Under the pieces are notes generated by a model. The model was not told where the DNA came from and did no database searches. It saw only the letters and a list, made by a program, of their open reading frames with translations. From a virus, in the IMG/VR virus record IMGVR_UViG_3300028840_002779: a DNA stretch of 22,964 bases, one strand, 5' to 3'. This document shows, one piece after another, positions 8,001 to 14,563 of this stretch. How positions within the stretch are numbered: the first letter of the stretch is position 1; each line of letters starts with the position of its first letter. A program made the translations under genes and the position numbers.

Positions 8001-8969
8001 ATGACAGTAACAGCTACAGCCGGGCGCAGCATGGCCATCGGTAATGAGCCGAGCCTATCCGGCAACGAGACGATCACCGCCAATTTCGGCACGTCGATCA
8101 ATATCCCTGTGGCCGTCGGGGCCGACGATGCGGTCACGGCCCTGGCCGTCGCCAAGGCGGATTTGGAGGGGCTTCTGCTGGAAGCCGATCAAGATCTGAT
8201 CATCAAAGTGTTGGGGGGGAACCCCTGGGACATTGCCACGATAGCAACGCTGGGCGATACGGCAACGGCGAACGGCGGCACGATCACGGTCATAGGCGAC
8301 CTGACCGAGTGGCTGTATATCGGTGATAACGTGTGGCTCGAGGGCTGCTCCGCACCGGCAAACGACGGCCGCTACGTGGTGAGAAGTACCGCAGTGGCCG
8401 CCGGAGTGACCACGGTGGAGCTAGTCAAGTGCGGTCAACTGGCGGCAGCCGACCCATTCACGATTGACAATGTGGCCGTGCACGAAGTGTTCGCGGCACT
8501 ACAGCCGGCGGCGGCGGGCACGATGACGAAATTCCTGCCGAGGAATGCGGGGCAAGCCCTGCTGGGCGCGGCGGCGGCTTTTGAATTCAACGTCGTGGCG
8601 GCTCCTGGGGAAATCGAGGTTGCCGGCGATTGGTCGTTTCTCCAAGCCGATGACAAAATCCTTATCGAGGCGGCCACAACCGGAGGCAACGCAGGGATCT
8701 ACACGGTCGTGTCAGCGACCTACGCAGCCCCCGACACCACGATCGTTGTCGAAGAGGCGCTGGCCGCGCAAGAGGCGGCGGCGGGCGACACGACGATTCA
8801 ATGGATTCGGACGGAGCTACTGATCCGCCTGACAGCCGACGTGCCGTTCCTCTGGACCGAGGAAGGGTCGATCCTAAATCCCGTGCTGGAAGACGTGACG
8901 CAACTGCTCGTAACCAACGCCTCCGGCGTGGCAGCGGACCTCGAAGGCCGGCTGCTCAGAACAGTGTAA
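8001..8969 (+). CDS. Structural protein, possibly the major tail protein, with two inserted ~47-aa repeat domains (322 aa)
   Basis: GGAGAG RBS before ATG 8001. The internal repeat is I.V.GD....(G/D)D....E.....N.G.Y.V.S.......TT(V/I), at aa 95-142 and 205-251. The tail assignment rests on position only. Confidence 0.4.
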   Translation: MTVTATAGRSMAIGNEPSLSGNETITANFGTSINIPVAVGADDAVTALAVAKADLEGLLLEADQDLIIKVLGGNPWDIATIATLGDTATANGGTITVIGDLTEWLYIGDNVWLEGCSAPANDGRYVVRSTAVAAGVTTVELVKCGQLAAADPFTIDNVAVHEVFAALQPAAAGTMTKFLPRNAGQALLGAAAAFEFNVVAAPGEIEVAGDWSFLQADDKILIEAATTGGNAGIYTVVSATYAAPDTTIVVEEALAAQEAAAGDTTIQWIRTELLIRLTADVPFLWTEEGSILNPVLEDVTQLLVTNASGVAADLEGRLLRTV

Positions 8970-8979
8970 GGAGGCCACC

Positions 8980-9555
8980 ATGCCACGCACGCCACGCACA
9001 CCCGCCCTCATTGCCGGCATGGGCGGACTGATTATGCCCTATCGCCACGCCAGTCTTTCGGAGGTCATCGGGAATCAGAAAATGGATCACGGGCCGTACC
9101 TCGATATCGCCAGCTACCGGGTGCGGCATCAAATGCTTCTTGCCCCGGTGACACAATCGGGCAGCAACGGTGCGGTGCAACGACACCTGGTCGGACAAGA
9201 TTGGTGGTTCGAGGCCGAGCTACCCTGGAATGCCCGGCTTGTTGCGAGTCGATCAAAAGAGGCGGTAGGGTTTCTCGAGGAGCTACTGATTGGGCACCAG
9301 GACGTGGGATACCGGGTATCGTGCCTGTTCACCCTGGGCGATGCGCTCAGCTATAACGAATCCGGGGCCGGCGGCGCGGACTATCAGGCCGGCCTATTCG
9401 CGCCTGAAGCACTCCTGGAGGTAGTCGATACCACGGTGCGGTCGGACGCCGGCGCTTCACCCGATGCCGTGATCCGAACCTTTGTTCGGGGGCAGGGAAC
9501 ATCGCTGCTTCAGGGCGTGCGCGGAAACGACGTGCACTTCAACGTGCTGCAATGA
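8980..9555 (+). CDS. Hypothetical tail-module protein (191 aa)
   Basis: Strong AAGGAGG RBS 5 nt before ATG 8980. ATGA-coupled downstream. No motif recognised. Confidence 0.6.
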   Translation: MPRTPRTPALIAGMGGLIMPYRHASLSEVIGNQKMDHGPYLDIASYRVRHQMLLAPVTQSGSNGAVQRHLVGQDWWFEAELPWNARLVASRSKEAVGFLEELLIGHQDVGYRVSCLFTLGDALSYNESGAGGADYQAGLFAPEALLEVVDTTVRSDAGASPDAVIRTFVRGQGTSLLQGVRGNDVHFNVLQ

Positions 9556-9809
9556 CACCACTCAGCGAGCAAGATAGATCCCTGTTTCTGCGGATGGCTT
9601 CCCGCGTGATCCGCAATGCTGAAATCCTTTGCGTCGATCTTCTTGGGAGAATGGGCGGCATGGTTGTCGAAGTCACCGACGGCAACGCCGATGAGGTGTG
9701 GGCCACGCTCCAGCCGCTGCTTGGTGACCGGCCGGCGGAACGCCACTTGTCGCCATCGGAAGCGCTGGCGTTGCTCCGACAACAGACCGCAGAAGAGGAG
9801 TCCGATTGA
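9552..9809 (+). CDS. Hypothetical small acidic protein (85 aa), in a tail-chaperone-like position
   Basis: ATGA coupling upstream and TGATG downstream. No motif recognised. Confidence 0.5.
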   Translation: MTPLSEQDRSLFLRMASRVIRNAEILCVDLLGRMGGMVVEVTDGNADEVWATLQPLLGDRPAERHLSPSEALALLRQQTAEEESD

Positions 9810-10216
9810 TGCCCCTTCCCATCGCATCCATGATTATGCACCTTGCCGTTGCCGAGTTGACCGGCAAAGGGGAAAAGGATATTGAGCCGCTCAACCCCGG
9901 GGACCTGGCCGAGGTCATGGCGCAGACGGAAGCCGAGCGGGGTTCGGGTGAGTCGACGCCGATGCGGCCGTTGGTTTCGAGAACATTGGAGGCGCTCAAA
10001 GCGGAAGACGACCGGGAACCCGGGGTAATGCCGATGCCGGCCAAAAGCACGACGGATCCGATCCAAAGCACGATGCCCCCGATCCAAGAGGTCAATCCGG
10101 TTGACGAAATGGTCGCGGCGCAACGCGAATTCCTCGCCGAACTCGTTCAATGGCGGAGGAAAGGCATTCCGGAAGCGAACAAGATCACCACCAACCCGAT
10201 CGGATCACGACGATAA
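9809..10216 (+). CDS. Hypothetical 135-aa protein (Pro/Glu-rich middle, helical ends)
   Basis: ATG 9809 overlaps the upstream TGA, and the stop TAA overlaps the next ATG (TAATG). It sits where a tape-measure gene would be but is far too short for a normal one. Confidence 0.5.
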   Translation: MPLPIASMIMHLAVAELTGKGEKDIEPLNPGDLAEVMAQTEAERGSGESTPMRPLVSRTLEALKAEDDREPGVMPMPAKSTTDPIQSTMPPIQEVNPVDEMVAAQREFLAELVQWRRKGIPEANKITTNPIGSRR

Positions 10217-11415
10217 TGCCCATCGAGAAATACCCTGACCTGACTGGCCCGGTGGAGACGGCTCCCGTGTCCGCGCGATCGCTCGATCCGCTGCGCGAGG
10301 TCCAAGTTGTCGATCGAACCGACCATTTGTCGATGCACGGGGTGGAGGTCAAGAGGCAATTCAGTGTCATGCCCTACAAGGCGTGGCTGCCATTTGTGGC
10401 TGCGATGGAAGGCTACGTAGGTTCCGAGGCAGGCAAACGCAAGCGATTCTTTCCGAACATCGACCCGTTCACCGGCTGCGCGTGGACGGACTGTATTGTG
10501 ACGCCTCTTGATTCGGATGGAGTAATGGCAAGCCGGAATCTGAATTGGATAGCACGCCGGGCAATGCAAAAAGGCAGCGACCGAGACACCCTGCACGCGC
10601 TGACTAACACGCCTTTCGGCGAGCAATTCTCCTGCCCTGCACTGGTTACCGGAGTATACCGGCCCCTGATCAGTCTATCAAAGGAAGACGGGGTAGTCGA
10701 TCATGTTTTCGATTGGCTGGAAGGCGAGCCAACATTCCTGCCCGGGTCGTTCACGTTGCCACGGCCCGATGGCCTGCGGTGGAGTGCGGGCCGATTCGCT
10801 AACGGGCAGTGGGAAACGCTCAACGATGCGGTCACGGCCCCGGTGACCATATCGACGATAGAAGTCACGATCCGCCGCTCACTCCTGCCGGTGCTGTACG
10901 GCGACCTTTGGAACTACCACGTAGGCAAAGTGAATTCTCAGGACTGGACGCCGGCCAAGACGAAACTGCCGAGGTTTCCCGCTGAGACCCTGCGGTTTGA
11001 TTCTTGGAAACCGACCCTGAAACACGCCCTGCGCGGCAACTACTTCGACGTGGAATTCAAGTTCACCTGGATCAACCAAATCGCCAAAAACGTGCAGGCC
11101 CGCGATGGTAGTTTCCCCGGTGGGTCCGACTGGATCACCTGGAATCACGTCCTGATGCGGCCCCGCAAGAGCGTGCCAGTCCCGGTGGCCGGGGCAGCGG
11201 TATGGGTGCCAATCCCCGCGTGGATCAAAGAGGATCTGGGGTGGTATCGCCCGGTCATCACCGAGGCCCCGCTACGGGATCTGCCGGTCGGTGGCGCGAT
11301 AGCGCAGCAAATCGCCAACCGGATCTTCGGCGCACCGCCACCCGCTGGGTTCCTCTATAACACCGTCGACAATTTTGACCAGTTGTTCATCTTGCAGCCG
11401 GTTGGACAGAAATGA
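10216..11415 (+). CDS. Hypothetical tail/baseplate protein (399 aa)
   Basis: ATG 10216 (TAATG overlap); the track start 10150 is an extension. Trp/Pro-rich beta-type sequence immediately upstream of the fibre gene. Confidence 0.6.
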   Translation: MPIEKYPDLTGPVETAPVSARSLDPLREVQVVDRTDHLSMHGVEVKRQFSVMPYKAWLPFVAAMEGYVGSEAGKRKRFFPNIDPFTGCAWTDCIVTPLDSDGVMASRNLNWIARRAMQKGSDRDTLHALTNTPFGEQFSCPALVTGVYRPLISLSKEDGVVDHVFDWLEGEPTFLPGSFTLPRPDGLRWSAGRFANGQWETLNDAVTAPVTISTIEVTIRRSLLPVLYGDLWNYHVGKVNSQDWTPAKTKLPRFPAETLRFDSWKPTLKHALRGNYFDVEFKFTWINQIAKNVQARDGSFPGGSDWITWNHVLMRPRKSVPVPVAGAAVWVPIPAWIKEDLGWYRPVITEAPLRDLPVGGAIAQQIANRIFGAPPPAGFLYNTVDNFDQLFILQPVGQK

Positions 11416-13193
11416 AGAAGCCCCTACACGGCGAAGAGATCACGCCGGAAAAGTTCTCGCCGCTGGTCGACTACTGCCACGGGGCGAAGCCTCATTCATC
11501 TACCCTGCTGACTATCCAGGGGCAGGGCACGGGCCTCGACTACCTCCCGCCTCCCGGCCCGGTCTGGGGCGTGATCACCGGCAAGAAGGAACTGCCCCCG
11601 GGGTCCGATCCTCCCGAGCGAGTGGAATACGAGTGGGTGGAGGTGATCCCCGGGGAACGGAACACCGAAGACGAGAAGGTAGAGTCGGAGGTGTGGCAAG
11701 AGCCGGTGTGGGGGCAACGATCAGTGTGGAGTGAGGAGTCTGCTTTCCTCGACAACGCGGCGATCGAAGCCAACGACAATCGCGGCGTGAGGGTGGGGAC
11801 CGTTGTGCGACTGTACCCGCGCGACCCGTTCACCAAAGTGATCGGCGGGGAGTACCGAACCGTTTGGACCTGGGGGTTCACCTATGAAGAGTTGCTACAA
11901 CCGTTTTTCGTCACTGAGGATCACATTCCCGCTCGCACCGGCGAAACGGCAGAGGAAACGGAGTCGATCAGCGGCTACCTACTCAACGACCCCGAGCGGA
12001 CCGAATTGCAATTCTTCGGTCCGGAGAGCACCCGACGCGAGCTGGAGGAAGAGGCCGACGAAACGCCCCCGATCTACGACGGCATCTGCCGCAAGGCGAG
12101 CGACGATTACCCGGCCACGCGCGGGTGGGCGAGGTGGATAGCTCGAGCGCACAAAGACACCTCGGGCGAGAACCGCTGGATCGGTCACTGGCAGATCGTG
12201 ACGCTGAATGCGTCTACGCTCACCGATGCCATCGTGTACGACGATGACATCGAGCCGGGGGACACCGGCACGGCGCAGGTGTTGTGGTGCAACACCGACC
12301 GGCCGGTGAGCGAATTTGAGTTGATCAATTCCTACCTGGAGGTTCAGCTCACGAACAACCAGGAGCTGAAGCTGCTGGAGGATCAGCGCCTGACCATCTA
12401 TTTCGACCGGCACGACTACCGCTGGTATCCGATGCTCGAAAACCGGAGCCACTACGCCAAGGTACAGCCGGGCTACACAAACGATTCAGGCGACACCTCC
12501 CGGGCGGTCTCGGTGAAGTCATGCGACTACCTCGGCAACAACGTCACCGGGGCGGCTTTCAATGCGTACACCGAGCTACGCGACGAGAAGGACACGGCCC
12601 TCTTCACCGATGACGTGGTGAGAATCGAGATTCAGCCGGACGGAGTGTACCTGATCACGTCCTACCACTTCGACGATCCCATCGGCACCGTCAAATGGGA
12701 AGGGGTCAACGTCGCCAATATTCGCCGCGGCTGGGAACTGTGCGACGGGGCGGCCACGGCCCCGGACCTGTCGGCCAAATTCATTATGTGCATCGATGAA
12801 CCACCTGGCGGGGCCGCCGATGAAAACGCCATCGGCAACACGGGCGGGAACAAGGCGCACGGCGGCGGCGTGAACGATCACAACGACCACACGTCCGCCC
12901 AGGTGGCCACCGCGATGGGCGACCACGCCGATGCCGACGTGGCCAATTGCATCGCCACCCACGCCGATCACGTCCACGACAACAACCACGTTGACGAGGC
13001 TGGGGCCGATTGGTACGACTACTATTCCGACACACAGTACAAAGCCCACAGCGACCACACACACGCGGCTCACGCGCCTAGCGGCGTGGACCTGGCCCAC
13101 TCCGGCGTAGGCGGCGGCGCTGACCTCTCCCACTCCGCGACCGACAACAGGCCGGCCTACTACGTGATGGCCGCGATAATGAGGGTGAGTTGA
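11412..13193 (+). CDS. Tail fibre / receptor-binding protein with a C-terminal phage tail-collar-type domain and a His/Asp-rich insert (593 aa)
   Basis: The C-terminus matches the tail-collar fibre pattern: GWELCDGAATAPDLSAKF (GWxxCDGxxGTPDLRxxF), IGNTGGNKAHGG (GxTGGxxxH) and a terminal DNRPAYYVMAAIMRV (NxPPYYxxxyI). It is the largest ORF, at the end of the tail block. Confidence 0.75.
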   Translation: MKKPLHGEEITPEKFSPLVDYCHGAKPHSSTLLTIQGQGTGLDYLPPPGPVWGVITGKKELPPGSDPPERVEYEWVEVIPGERNTEDEKVESEVWQEPVWGQRSVWSEESAFLDNAAIEANDNRGVRVGTVVRLYPRDPFTKVIGGEYRTVWTWGFTYEELLQPFFVTEDHIPARTGETAEETESISGYLLNDPERTELQFFGPESTRRELEEEADETPPIYDGICRKASDDYPATRGWARWIARAHKDTSGENRWIGHWQIVTLNASTLTDAIVYDDDIEPGDTGTAQVLWCNTDRPVSEFELINSYLEVQLTNNQELKLLEDQRLTIYFDRHDYRWYPMLENRSHYAKVQPGYTNDSGDTSRAVSVKSCDYLGNNVTGAAFNAYTELRDEKDTALFTDDVVRIEIQPDGVYLITSYHFDDPIGTVKWEGVNVANIRRGWELCDGAATAPDLSAKFIMCIDEPPGGAADENAIGNTGGNKAHGGGVNDHNDHTSAQVATAMGDHADADVANCIATHADHVHDNNHVDEAGADWYDYYSDTQYKAHSDHTHAAHAPSGVDLAHSGVGGGADLSHSATDNRPAYYVMAAIMRVS

Positions 13194-13552
13194 TGCAAAC
13201 CATCCCGCGCCTCCCCCGCGCCCTCCGCCGTCAACGCCGACTCGCCCCGCTGGACCCGGCAGAGGCACGGCGGCGGATGATTCGCCGATATCACGGGGTG
13301 AGGCCGACGCGGGGGCTGGTCGGTCAACGCCTCCAGATCATCCTCTCGATGCCGGTGTCGTCGTCCTGGGTCAAGTCGATTCACCTTGTTAGGATCGGCG
13401 GGAGCGAAAGTGTGATGCTGATTTTTAATGACGGGGCCCGCTGTCATTATCCCGGCACCACTGTCGAGGATTTCGAATTGATCCGCCGTGCATCGAGCAA
13501 GGGCAAGGCGGTTTGGCGGCATTTCTATCGGAAACCGTATGTGCTACGATAA
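13193..13552 (+). CDS. KTSC-domain protein with an Arg-rich N-terminal extension (119 aa)
   Basis: SSWVKSIHLVRIGGSESVMLIFNDGARCHYPGTTVEDFELIRRASSKGKAVWRHFYRKPY fits the KTSC pattern (S..I....Y......L.I.F..G..Y.Y..V....F..L..A.SKG..F...I). It is the last gene before the terminator hairpins. Confidence 0.65.
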   Translation: MQTIPRLPRALRRQRRLAPLDPAEARRRMIRRYHGVRPTRGLVGQRLQIILSMPVSSSWVKSIHLVRIGGSESVMLIFNDGARCHYPGTTVEDFELIRRASSKGKAVWRHFYRKPYVLR

Positions 13553-13566
13553 TGATACAGCATCCG

Positions 13567-13600
13567 CAAGCCCGTATCTTTTGCAGAGGAGACGGGCTTG
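13567..13600 (+). terminator. Hairpin directly after the last late gene (CAAGCCCGT / ACGGGCTTG plus 4 further pairs)
   Basis: The 9-bp perfect arms are 13567-13575 and 13592-13600, extended by TCTT/AGGA pairing around the loop TTGCAG. Only a weak U tract follows (ATTCT). Confidence 0.4.
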
Positions 13601-13622
13601 ATTCTACGGGTGCATGAGCAAC

Positions 13623-13670
13623 GAGGGGCCGCGTTTTCCCTCGAAAGTAGGCGCGGCCCCTCTCTTCTCC
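13623..13670 (+). terminator. GC-rich 11-bp hairpin followed by a pyrimidine tract; probable intrinsic terminator of the late unit
   Basis: GAGGGGCCGCG (13623-13633) and CGCGGCCCCTC (13652-13662) are perfect reverse complements. The loop is 18 nt with some inner pairing. TCTCTTCTCC follows. Confidence 0.55.
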
Positions 13671-13806
13671 AGACGCCCGCTAGCGGCCTGTAGCTCCGAC
13701 CCTATCAAAACCCACATCTGCCCTCGAAACGCCCAGGATCGACGCACAGGGCCTCCGATTTGGCGATTGTCGCCAGTTTGCTGGCGCCCCTACCACTCCG
13801 GGGGTA

Positions 13807-13845
13807 TTGACAGGGTTGTCAAGTCCCCCCCCTCCGCATTGTCAA
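13807..13845. promoter_or_regulatory. Operator-like cluster: palindrome TTGACA-GGGT-TGTCAA (13807-13822) plus a third box TTGTCAA (13839-13845)
   Basis: Read directly. Together with the -35 box at 13867 there are four TTGACA/TGTCAA hexamers in 66 bp. TTGACAGG recurs at 13807 and 13867, and TTGTCAA at 13816 and 13839. Confidence 0.5.
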
Positions 13846-13866
13846 CCCCAAATGGAAAGATTTCTG

Positions 13867-13895
13867 TTGACAGGTTTTCCGAAACCTGATATTCT
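13867..13895 (+). promoter_or_regulatory. Sigma70-type promoter with an extended -10 (TTGACA - 17 nt - TATTCT, TG at -15/-14) for the early unit
   Basis: TTGACA at 13867-13872. The spacer GGTTTTCCGAAACCTGA contains the palindrome GGTTT/AAACC. TGATATTCT ends at 13895. It lies in the only large non-coding region and points into the early genes. Confidence 0.6.
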
Positions 13896-13922
13896 CTGGG
13901 AAAGCACACTGAGGATTCAATC

Positions 13923-14024
13923 ATGAAATTCACTTCGCCCCTCTGCCAGCCCCGATCTGACCACCGGGATTCTCCCGGCCTCAGTGTGCCCCGGGGCGGC
14001 GGGGGCTTTGGAGATCTATCATGA
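13923..14024 (+). CDS. Possible 33-aa leader ORF (MKFTSPLCQPRSDHRDSPGLSVPRGGGGFGDLS)
   Basis: GAGGA lies 7 nt upstream of ATG 13923. The stop overlaps ATG 14021 (ATGA). It is below the track size cut-off and has no other support. Confidence 0.3.
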   Translation: MKFTSPLCQPRSDHRDSPGLSVPRGGGGFGDLS

Positions 14025-14299
14025 CAACTGCAACTGCATACGTCGAAGTACGGCGCCAACACTCAGTCGGGAGCGGCAACGGCTTCGGCGGACCTGACAC
14101 CTATTTTTGCGTCCAGGTCGTGCCGGAGGGAGTTGAGCGGCTCAAGGTCTTGAATCACGATCACGCCAGGCGGCGCGGGATCGAACTGATCCACTGCGGT
14201 CAGGGCTACTCGCGCAATCAAGGGCCGCGTTCGAGCTACGGGAAGGCCAGAGCCGAAGCAAACAGGATCGCCGACGAAATCAATTCCCGGACAACCTAA
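14021..14299 (+). CDS. Hypothetical early protein (92 aa)
   Basis: GGAG RBS. It is the first sizeable ORF after the promoter. No motif recognised. Confidence 0.6.
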   Translation: MTTATAYVEVRRQHSVGSGNGFGGPDTYFCVQVVPEGVERLKVLNHDHARRRGIELIHCGQGYSRNQGPRSSYGKARAEANRIADEINSRTT

Positions 14300-14311
14300 G
14301 TGGAGGAAATC

Positions 14312-14563
14312 GTGATCAGTATAAGTGCCACCGCATTGGAATTTACCACCCGCCTCAACTCTTGCGCCCCGCTGGTCCACCTGGTTTTCCGGGCCGGGGA
14401 GGGAGGCGCGCAGGTATTTACCCTCACGATTGACGCAGAGGACGCGATAATCGTTCACGAACAATTAGGCGCTGTCGTGGCTGAGTTGGAAGCACGCGAT
14501 CAGGCCGCCGAGGCTGACCCTGAAACCACGACCGATCCGAACCTTCAGAGGAGAACCGACTAA
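14312..14563 (+). CDS. Hypothetical acidic early protein (83 aa from GTG 14312; the track uses GTG 14300)
   Basis: GGAGGA at 14302-14307 sits inside the 14300 start but at RBS distance from GTG 14312. The same GGAGGAAATCG context precedes GTG 15061. Confidence 0.55.
   Translation: MISISATALEFTTRLNSCAPLVHLVFRAGEGGAQVFTLTIDAEDAIIVHEQLGAVVAELEARDQAAEADPETTTDPNLQRRTD

Noticed and set aside
13675-13684. 10-nt repeat GCCCGCTAGC at 13675-13684 and 14976-14985, and the palindrome CCGCTAGCGG at 13677-13686
   Set aside because: Hundreds of shared 10-mers are expected by chance in 23 kb. There is no supporting context.
13663-13800. attP core or tRNA-derived integration site in the non-coding region, and tRNA genes in general
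   Set aside because: There is no integrase anywhere in the genome and no cloverleaf-like sequence or tRNA fragment that I can recognise. cos/pac function cannot be judged from sequence alone.
13614-14062. ORFs in the control region: 13614..13889 (+, 91 aa) and 13790..14062 (-, 90 aa)
   Set aside because: They have no RBS and odd composition. They run straight through the terminator hairpin, the TTGACA boxes and the promoter. The region is better explained as regulatory DNA.
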